64,000 bases of DNA from Geosiphon pyriformis uo1 (taxonomy: Eukaryota > Fungi > Glomeromycota): the NCBI GenBank assembly GCA_016748015.1, contig JAAOMT010000446.1, positions 63,752 to 127,751 on the forward strand, read 5' to 3'. The translations under genes were made by a program, and so were the position numbers. This document shows positions 53,918 to 64,000 of the stretch, piece by piece. The notes under the pieces were generated by a model, which was not told the origin of the DNA, made no database searches, and saw nothing but the letters and a program-made list of their open reading frames with translations. Each line of letters starts with the position of its first letter. The stretch's first letter is position 1.

Positions 53918-54121
53918 CGCGATGCGAGTTTGTTTTTCGATGAAGGATCTTCTTTATAAATGATGGATTTATAATAAATTTAATCACTGATAATATAATT
54001 AATTGCAAAAACTATTCTATTTATGATTTGAAAAAAGTTCTATTTCGCGAAATCACTTTAGTGATCGGTATCAAGATCATCAAATTCAATGTAATGCTTT
54101 ATCGCGAGGATTAAACATCAG

Positions 54122-54700
54122 CAGTCTGTGACAAAAAATTCTTTCTCCATTACTTTCAATAAATAGTCTACATATTTGCTTTATTTACTTAATTAAATTC
54201 TTTAACACATCCTCTGGAATTTTATCCCACTCCACCATAAATTGCCTCCCTATAAATTTTCAATGGGATTTAGATCTGCACTATATGCTTGCCAGTCTAA
54301 AAGTTGAGGTATGTTCTCGCCAATAAATTCTTCAGCAAGGCGGTTTGTATGCTAAGGATTATTGTCTTGCTGAAGCCGCCAATGCCTTCCTATTAGTGCC
54401 TGAAGATGATTGCTGAGAATTTTAATGTACATCTCCGCGGTCTTTATTCCCATGAAACAATGGAAACGAGTCCTACTTCTTTTAAAAAAGTCCCCATTTT
54501 GGAATTGATAAATAGGCCAGCTGCCAAATGCCTTGAAATGGTTGAATATGAGACTGCTGTACCTTTGTTTATCGGATTGGGAATCTTTGTCGCATTACGG
54601 ATTTCCTTAGTAGGGTGCACGCCAGTTATTCCAGAAGTGTAAAATTGTTTTTAACATAGCTAACGTATCAACTATATTCAAAGACTTCATTTTTCTCATT
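54122..54700 (-). mobile_element. Tc1/mariner (DD34E-type) transposase relic
   Basis: WRLQQDNNP*HT..LLDWQAYSADLNPIENL*..EWDKIP..NLI. HTH-like VSYSTISRHL. CAGTCTGTGACAAAAA end at 54122. Confidence 0.85.
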
Positions 54701-57339
54701 AAAGAGAAGAGCGATACAAATTTATAATCAACCTTATAGCTATATTTTTTAATTAAACCTAATAGCTTTGTGTTCTTCTATTCACGAGAATTATGAGGAG
54801 GCCAATTTAAACTTTTCTTTAACAACCATAAGTAGATTTGCAGTTTACCGATCACAATTTTAATAAAGAATGGGAAACAAATTTTTTTTGGAATAACCAA
54901 TCGTCCTCCTCGAAGCTGTACAGTAACTGAATATCAGCGGTTGGACATGAAAATTTTCAAAGGATTCTATGCATGTTTTGTCTTTGGTGGAAACTTTATA
55001 CTTCTTTATTTTTATTTTACCAATGTAAGCATTCCTTTTTTTTTTTTAGATCAATTCATTTTGAACTTAATCCTTCGAACTTGAAAATCGATTTCCGTAT
55101 TATCGTACGTGTTAAATCAATCAGCCTAATTACGTATTTGAAAGAGGTATTGTCTTGACACATATATTTTCCGAATTGATTCTTCGAATATCAGTTGGAT
55201 TCAAATCGTATTTTAGTCAAAATGATTCATTATCAACCATTTCATTATTCTAGATTATATTTGGTGAGCTTTCGAAATCTTCAAATATTCAAAATATCCA
55301 TTTTTGAAATCTTAATCACTTAAATAAATAAATAAATAAATTTTTACGTTTCAGGTCGAAGGGATTTTATTTTGTTGAATTAAAATCTTTTTCTGAAATA
55401 TTGTGGAATCAATTCACAACTGGTGATTAAACGTCCGAAAAAGAATAGACATTCCTTCATTTTCAAATAAAATTGAGTTTCAGTACAGTTTTATCCAAAA
55501 ATTATGGAGAATCATCTATCAAGACGATTACATTAGGCAATTTCCGACACAAGAAAACACGACATATTTTCATTATAACGTAGAAATTTGGATTTGAAAT
55601 GATTTTGATTGTAACTTGAAAAACCTTTGGGATATCTTGGAGAATCAGAATCAGGAATTTAATTGATTAGTTATTGAGATATTTTAATCTTTTGCTGAAA
55701 CCCTTTTATTAGAAATGTATTAAAAAAAAATGCTACAAGAAAAATTCGTGATTAGGTCCTTAAATTGAATAGAAAATGAGAGAAAGTGTTTAATTAAATT
55801 TTTCAAAGCTAATTTAATTTAAAATAACCAGAATTTAATAATATACAATACTTAAAAAATATTGAATGAAAAAACAAGAGTTACAATGCCATTATTGAAA
55901 GTTATGGTTATCATGAAAAATTTGAATTATTTTGTGGTTTTAAAAACCAAAATATAATATTTTTTATAATAAATTGACCAAGTTATTAAAATATATATAT
56001 ATTAAAGATTTGTTTATTTATTTCTCCAATATAAAATGATACCTCATGTTTTTACTAAAAAGTACATTTTTCGTGATTCAATAAACCATTTTTGTCAAGA
56101 TCATTTCAACAAAATGGTTACGAAAAATGAAAGCGAAAAAGACATTGTCATTTGTTGTTAAATTTGCCAAATTCAACATCAAAATAAAGACTTTTATATT
56201 TATTAAATGATGAATCTTCATCTCCAATTTGTCTAGTATTACAATCCTATTTTGAAATAATTGAAAAGTAAGATAAATTTTCATATTTACTGGATACTCT
56301 TTTGAGACCTAAACAGATTTACAATTGGACTAAAAATTCTACAAAACTTGCCTTTTTCAAGGTTTTTTCTTTTTTAATTGAATAATTTCAGAGGGAATCG
56401 CGTAAAACAAACAAGAAATTAAAAATTCTTTCACAGAAAAAGAATATATTCCAGAAATTTTAAATAATTTTTTGTAGTTATTAAGATACAAAGACATCTG
56501 TTTAAAATCATTTAGTAATTTAAATTTGGATTTATATTTTACGATGTTTAGAAAATCTTTACAAAATTTCAAAGAAATAATAGAATAAATTCCTTTTTTT
56601 TTTAATTTGTTTAAATTACATTTATCATTAATAAACAAAAAGTTTAATAAAATTAAAAAAATGAATTAAAATATAATAATAAAAATAAGCAAAAAAAAAG
56701 AAAGAAATTATATAATAATTTTTTGAAAAAAATAAAAATAAAAATAAATTTTATTGTTAATTTATATTTTATTTTTTATTCATATGTAATACCAATTTAT
56801 TTATATATATACATTTTTTCCATAAACTAAAAGTTATATAAATAAAATTTTTATCATATTTTGTTTCCAATTGATGTAAAAAAAAATAAGGTTATATACT
56901 CAATACTTGAAATTCGAAACTCAAGACTCGAGACTTTTAAAACTTGAATAATAATAAGGCAAAAATCGCTCAATTTTAAATCTTTATTTTTTATTTTTCT
57001 TTAAAAATTTTTGTCCAGAACCTGATACAAAAGACTCCTTTTTTTCGATCTACATCCTTGTATGCTAAAATAAATTTTTGACAATAATACAACCTAACAC
57101 AACACCTCAGTCATTTAATTATGCATAATAATGAGTACCTTAAAGGTTCCCAAATTTGCGATTTATAAAGTGATTCCTTTATCAACACAGTTATTACGAT
57201 AAATTGTTTATATTTATAATGTGTGAAGAGACTTTGTTTCTTTTTTTAACATTTTTTTATGTAAAATTAGCGCATTTTTGCCTCATTTTTCTTTTTTTTT
57301 TTTACTTTTTAACTACGTTATTGTTAAAAAGTGTTATAA

Positions 57340-57374
<35 letters not shown>

Positions 57375-58559
57375 TCAATCATTTTGAAAGAAAACAATTT
57401 TATCACAAACATAAATTATTATTATTATTATTATTATTATTAATTGAGTTTTTTGATTAATTTTAAATTTGGTAAAAAAAAAAGCTATTAAAATGCCACG
57501 TTACAAAATTTTTATTTTCTTGTCCACAAAATCGAATATATTTCAAACCTTGATATCACGCTACAATTTTTATCGTTAAAAGAACGTGAAAATAATAAAT
57601 AGAAACACATGTAAAAATTTTTCAAATGTTTTGAATAAAAGTTTTCAATTGGATAGAAACACAAGGAGAATTTTCTCAATGTCTGGAACAACGATTTCAA
57701 TTAAAAATTCTACGATTGGATCAAGTATTCATATTGACCTCTGACATTTGGTTCAGCGAAATTTATTCTAAATTCAAAATTTCAAAAAGTTTTTCAAATT
57801 AAATTATTTCTATTGGCAGGAAAAAGTCTATGGATTCAAACAACTGTCTTCACTTCTACCTATGAAAATGATCTCAATAAATTAATGATTTAGATGATTG
57901 GTAGATACCCAATGCAGCTGAAAACAACTTTTTTAAAACAAGTTCTTTTCTTGCGTGGAAGTTTTCAAATTCAAAAGCTTCTTAAAACAGAAGAGACTTT
58001 TCTGGTAATATAAATAATGCATGTTTATGCATCTTGTGAAATGGTCAAATAACAAGTACCTAATTCTGACATCATTTTCAATAAAACTAGTCCAGACCAG
58101 GTTTATATTCAAAGTTATGACAGTGAATCTGATTGCATAGCAAACTTTAAATAGAATCCAGTGCTACATTAAATAAGGGAATGGGGGGTTAAAAGAAAAT
58201 TATTTAAGAATTTTTCTCACATGATCTGCCATGATTATAATTTTTCATCTATTTTTCACAAATATTTCATGGATCATGATTTCTTTTTTCTTTTTTCTTT
58301 TTTCTTTTTTTTTTCTGCGGTGAAACTGTTATCAAGTTCATCAAAATTTTAATCGTGTTATTCTACTAAGTAAACTCAAAGATTTTGTGTTTGATATTTT
58401 GTAATTATTTTTATGTTTTTTATTTAAAGCAACCAAATAAAAAAAATTAAGGCAAACATCTCAAAAAAGAAGAGATCCACTTCTCTTTGTTTCCATTTCC
58501 TTTTTATTTTCCTTTTTATTTTCCTTCAAATTTATTATTACTATTATTATTATTATTAC

Positions 58560-58614
<55 letters not shown>

Positions 58615-58651
58615 CTAATTAAATCATTTGAAAAATTTTTTAAAAATCATC

Positions 58652-59281
58652 ATGGATAGATCGACTGATTTTACACCATTTTTTTCAGTGGAAAAAGATG
58701 AAATTCATAGAGATTTCATAGGAGAACGTTCTTACAAGTTTCTTAATTTCACACCTTCAAATAATGGAGATTTTTTCCATGATATGGCAAATCATCCCAT
58801 ATTTTCTTCATCGATCGAATTTTTGGAGTTTGACAATATTGGAATACAATTTCTAAATGAAACAGCATCTACACAACAAGACTTGAAAATGAATACTTCT
58901 TCAATAAAATTTGACTCTTCTCCTTCAGTAAAGCTACCAAACAACTTCGATTCGTTATCTCGCTCAGAGATCGAACATATGAATATGAAACAAGTTACAC
59001 GGGAAAATTTATGCTGGGATTCGTTACAGAATATTTCATCATCATCATCATCATCACAAGGAACAAAATTTGTAAAATTTAAACAAAATGAAACTCCTAA
59101 TTCTTTTGCTGGGACTCAGGAGAATAAGGATATCAGACGACGTCAACTCAAACTTTCTAAAAAATTAAGAAATGACTTTAATCACGATTACCTTGATTAT
59201 CGAAATAATTTTGAGGTAGAAAATTGGAGACTTTCTCGTAACAATTTTCAGTATGACCTTGTTCAAGCGCCTGAAAATTTT
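58652..59281 (+). CDS. Hypothetical protein, 3' end lost in assembly gap
   Basis: An open 210-codon frame from ATG runs into the N gap. Confidence 0.5.
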
Positions 59282-59500
59282 NNNNNNNNNNNNNNNNNNN
59301 NNNNNNNNNNNNNNNNNNNNNNNNNNNNNNNNNNNNNNNNNNNNNNNNNNNNNNNNNNNNNNNNNNNNNNNNNNNNNNNNNNNNNNNNNNNNNNNNNNNN
59401 NNNNNNNNNNNNNNNNNNNNNNNNNNNNNNNNNNNNNNNNNNNNNNNNNNNNNNNNNNNNNNNNNNNNNNNNNNNNNNNNNNNNNNNNNNNNNNNNNNNN
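59282..59500. other. Assembly gap (219 N) followed by poly(A)
   Basis: N run. Confidence 0.99.
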
Positions 59501-59504
59501 ATTG

Positions 59505-59564
<60 letters not shown>

Positions 59565-61053
59565 CACGAAATTTGATTCATTTAAAAAGTGATCCCATTG
59601 TGACCTCTAATAGTTCAAGATCAACAAAAACCCCTGAAGATCAATTGTTATTATTATTTTTAAGGTTTACCATTGATAATAGGAACAAAAAAAATTTTTT
59701 TTTTTTTGTATTTAGTGTTACCTTTTAAGATATCAAACAATTTAGGATACAAATAGAGTTATCACATAATAATTTTATATAAATATGTAATTAAAGTAGA
59801 CAATTTTATATCTTTTGCTTTTTCATTGGAGATTTTTAATTTTCAATTGGCAAAAACATTACGTATAATATTTTTGTTTTTATTCAAAAAGAAGAATGCA
59901 AGAAATAAAAAATAAAAATATATCTCTTTTAATAATAATAATAATAAACAAAAAATATTTTTTTTTTGCCCATTTTTGTGACAGAAGATACGGAATTTCT
60001 AAATATTTGGTGGAATTGAAAATTTAAAGCAGGGGTAATGTAACACTGTTATCTTTTATTCCCCACTAATTCTTTAATATATCCTCTTACCTGGTATTCA
60101 AAATGTAGAAATATGTAAAGTATTAAAGCCAATCTCTTGGGATAACTATTAAAATCTATTTTTTATTTTTTTTTAAAACGAAAATGTGGCTGCCACAGAT
60201 CTACTCGATATACATAAAAAAATATAGATTACATGTTACTTTGTTTTGAATTAAGAAATTTGTCTTTTAAAAAGATTCATTATAAAATTCATTCGTTATA
60301 GAAATTATGATCGTTTTAATTTTATGAATAATCTTTATTGTTGAAATGAGTCCTATTTAAATTTGATATAGGCCAACGTACTAAATTATTCAAAGAAAAA
60401 GGCTCACTTAAATAAAAAATCGAAAAATTTTCTTGATTCAGATGGGGTATTTATATTTTTATCAAATATACACAATCCTCAAACTATTCAATTAAGTTAC
60501 ACATTCCAACTTGAATAATTCATGATAATATTTCAAAGGTAAAAAAAAATTTTGCAAAAATTTTACCCACAGGTTCAAAGACTATCGGCCGATATTTTAG
60601 AAGGGATACTAATAGCAAAGTTATTTAAAGACAATTTAGCAGAGACCTTTTATAAAAATTATCGTTCGCTGCTTTCAATTTAGTCAATTAATCACTAAGA
60701 GTTAAAAGGATCAATAACAGTCATTTGATCCCCCGGATTTAATAGAGGCTCAAAATGTAAAAAATATACACTTTTTATAAAACCTCTATATTAGCAAGTA
60801 ACTAAAGATTTTGAGAATTCTATTTGATGGCATTACATATTTACAAATATTTTCTTAAAAAGCTTATAATAAAGAAATTTCATAATTTTAAATTTAAAGG
60901 TAAAAGTTAAATGAGGCAAATTTGGCTACGATTTTTAGATAGGTTCGAAAAAGTCATGATGGCAATAAATCGACAAAAAACATATCGTATGCAGGAACAT
61001 TTGAATACGATAAAATGTCATTTCGAGGAAACTAAAGTCGAAAAGGCGGAATT

Positions 61054-62223
61054 TTAACAGAGTAAATTTTTGATCTTCATTAAATTTCGTATTTTTAAAT
61101 CAGAATTCAAACAGTTGGTGCGGTGAATCGGTTTAGTTTTTGTTTCTGAATGCTTTTTCTCATATTTATCGAAAGATGAGGCGGTAACCTTTGTTGTCCT
61201 TATTAGAATACGAGGCTCTTTTACAATTTGGCTATCTGCCAATTTATTAGGGCAGAAAGATGGTAAAAGATTTCCCATTTCAATCGTCCCATGAGTAAAT
61301 GACTGTTGATTATCATCGATGCTTGAAAAATTTGTTGCAAGGTGAACTTGCGACTGAAAAGAATCTCTTGTATATGAATTTTCGGAGGAATAATTATGAG
61401 AAATTGAATGCTCAATTTTTTGATTCATAATATCAGATTGTGAAATTATCGAATTGGTCATGTCTTCCGGATGTTCATAAGCAACAAATTTTCTTTGCTC
61501 TAAATATCTCCATTTGTCGAAATCCTTGACTTGATTATCTTCAGCTTTTCTTTTTTTACTCAATAATGATTCCAAATAATTTATATAGTCAATTGTACCT
61601 TGTAGTATTGTTAATTTCTGAAGATTTGGTTGATTAGCACAACATGGAATCATTTGTTGTAACTGTAAAATGCTTTGATTTATTCGTTCTCGGCGTCGTC
61701 TTTCAATTGCAGAATGTGAACTTTTTCGTGCTAATTCCGCTTGATTATTATGTGTTGAAATAAGAATCTGCTCTTCCGTATTTAATTTAGAATTTTCATT
61801 ATTTCGACTACTACTATTGTTTGAGATTTCATTGGTCAAAATTTGGTTTATGTCACCGTTGTAGGAAGCCAATTTTGTGGAAATTTTTTTGGAAGGAGGG
61901 TATTGGAAAAATGAACGCTTTGTGGTCGAGTAGAAATGATCTTGTTGTTGTGGACAAAAATGATCTTGTTGTTGTGGACAAAAATGATCTTGTTGTTGTG
62001 GACAAGAATGCTCAAAATTTCTATCAAGGGAGAAATCTGATGATAATCTTTGCTCTTTTCTAGAATCATTTTTTGTTAAAGACAGATTTGAATCTTGTTG
62101 CAACATAATTGAAGTGGTTTCTAGTTCACTTTTGGAGGTTGGTAAGGCATTTTCGAGTGTTGATGGATCCATTCGTTGTGAACCTAAATTCCAATGAGTA
62201 AGAAAAATTGGATAAGTTTTCAT
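61054..62223 (-). CDS. bHLH transcription factor (E-box CACGTG type), intronless; start 62223 or 62172
   Basis: RKSSHSAIERRRRERIN..LQQMIP..QKLTILQGTIDYINYLE with the H/E/R base-contact triad. Confidence 0.92.
   Translation of the reverse strand: MKTYPIFLTHWNLGSQRMDPSTLENALPTSKSELETTSIMLQQDSNLSLTKNDSRKEQRLSSDFSLDRNFEHSCPQQQDHFCPQQQDHFCPQQQDHFYSTTKRSFFQYPPSKKISTKLASYNGDINQILTNEISNNSSSRNNENSKLNTEEQILISTHNNQAELARKSSHSAIERRRRERINQSILQLQQMIPCCANQPNLQKLTILQGTIDYINYLESLLSKKRKAEDNQVKDFDKWRYLEQRKFVAYEHPEDMTNSIISQSDIMNQKIEHSISHNYSSENSYTRDSFQSQVHLATNFSSIDDNQQSFTHGTIEMGNLLPSFCPNKLADSQIVKEPRILIRTTKVTASSFDKYEKKHSETKTKPIHRTNCLNSDLKIRNLMKIKNLLC
61934..62005 (-). repeat. 24-bp coding tandem repeat x3 (CPQQQDHF)
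   Basis: AAATGATCTTGTTGTTGTGGACAA repeated. Confidence 0.95.
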
Positions 62224-62814
62224 TGGGTTGCAATCAATAATCGGATTTAACACATATCACGAATGAAGTTTTACGTCTTTTTTTTATCAAATAGAAATTT
62301 ACTTTACAAACATATATATTTGAAATTTTTTTTATTTTTAAATACCTTTTGTTTTATTCATCTTTTATATAGCTTTGGGAAAGTTTTCCTCTTAGTTTAA
62401 CCAAATTTATAAGAACAAATTCTGATTTCAAAGATCTTACTATTTTTGCCTATATATTCTGGGCTTAGCTTATGTGAGAAAAGAAAACAAAAAAGCCCAA
62501 CTTTTGATTTCAGAAAAAAACTTTTTTCAGGAACACAAGTGGCTACTAGGACGAGTGGCAAAGGAATTAAAATCGGGGGCTTCATGCTTTTATAGGTAAA
62601 GGTTGTTTACATTGTTAAAAATTGAATATATATTAATGAGATAATAAATAAACTTGATATCTGAGATGAGACGAGATATCCATTTCCTGGACTTTTCGAC
62701 CTTTATCAGTTTATGTGCTTGCAAATTTCGGGAAATTACGCCGCATCCCTTTGATTATGGAGATTGCACTAAAATGAATTCAGCCTTTTGATAACTGATC
62801 AATAAAAACAAAAG

Positions 62815-62856
62815 CTGATTGAACTGATTGAACTGATTGAACTGATTGAAATGATT
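62815..62856 (+). repeat. 9-bp tandem repeat (CTGATTGAA) upstream of the bHLH gene
   Basis: Directly visible, ~4.5 copies. Confidence 0.85.
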
Positions 62857-64000
62857 ATGATTGAAATATTTTCTATTTTTTAAAAAATCCTGTTAGATTG
62901 TAATCAATTTTGAAAAAATATTTTTTGTTCAAATATATATATTATTTACTTTGAATTTAATTCAATTATAATCAGTGAAAGTTAAAAGTAAATAATATAA
63001 ATAACCTTGAGCATGAATTGAATTAAAATAGTTAACAGCATTATGTCGTCAAAATAGAACCTTATATAATAGGTTTTTTTAGATAACAAAAAATGAACTA
63101 TATTGCTGTATAAAAAAAAAAAAGTCATAATATATTTAACCTTTTTAAAATTTGAAAAATTCTGTTAAAGACCAAAAATAATTCTTTAATATTATTAATA
63201 TAATATCAAATTCTTAAATGTAAAAAGATGAAATAATACATATATTTTTTAATATTTATAATAATTTAATTTGAATATATTTAAGATTTGTAAAGAAAAT
63301 TATTATTTTCAAAATATGAATAATAATTTATACATTTTAATTAAATTAATATATATATGTCAAAAAAATTCATTTCTAAAGATATTGTAAAAAAAAATTA
63401 TTTTGAAAACTTTAAAAAATAAATAAAAAAAGATTATATTTTTTATTAAAAAATATTATATATGAAAAGATTATATTTAAATAAACAAATTAATTATTAT
63501 TATTATTATTATTATTAAAAAAAAATTAATATTTTTTTATTTTTGTAAATAATATATATATATACATATTATTAATTCAATTATTTATTATAATAAATTT
63601 TATTCATATAATTACTTTTTAATTTATAAATTAATTTTGATTGAAAATCAATAATAAAAGATTTTTTAATAAAAAATTATTTTTAATATTAATAATTATA
63701 ACTTTATAATTAATTAAGTGATCGATATTGTACCCTTTGTTTAAAGTCTTTATACTACTAAAGAGCTTTAGAATAGATAATGTTTTTTAAAAATTTTCTC
63801 TTTAAAGAATAATCATCAATTAAATATAAATTTTTTAAAGATTAAAAATTATTCAAGTTTTTTTTTATATTGCTAAATCTTCTTCATCGTTAGGTATTAA
63901 TTCACTTCCTATTCATTTGATAAAGATAATAGAAGATGAATTAATAAGTTATAATAACTTTGACAAGAACTAGAAACAATTTGATCAAAATACTTACTTA

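Noticed and set aside
54406-54642. 78-aa plus-strand ORF
   Set aside because: Antisense to the Tc1 transposase relic.
59165-59728. Poly-K/poly-F ORFs spanning the gap
   Set aside because: Artefacts of N and homopolymer runs.

Overview
Eukaryotic, intron-containing, very AT-rich fungal DNA. The gene and repeat content points to Glomeromycota/Mucoromycota, and the LINE-type repeats resemble those I recall from Geosiphon pyriformis (inference, not searched). Host genes: an aquaglyceroporin, a SIM+MIU+RING-H2 E3 ligase, a secreted class-3 lipase lacking its catalytic serine, a degenerate class I methyltransferase, an orphan ORF, an RpiB-like+NADAR fusion, an M13 metallopeptidase, a gap-broken ORF and a bHLH factor. 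These sit between hypermutated transposon graveyards (1-2.3 kb, 12.6-27.2 kb, 45.4-47.3 kb). Two discoveries stand out. (1) A decayed IS607-type element (serine resolvase followed by a Fanzor2/TnpB-like nuclease) lies at ~30.1-31.4 kb, with an independent Fanzor2 C-terminal fragment at ~45.2-45.4 kb; both are read across frameshifts that the ORF track hides. (2) A multi-copy ORF1-only ('half-LINE') retroposon family carries the same ~110-nt 3' tail as the RT/RNase H LINEs in the window. Also present are solo LTRs, a 5'-truncated LINE with a 13-bp TSD, a TIR element and a Tc1 remnant. All homology calls are by eye from motifs; no searches were run.
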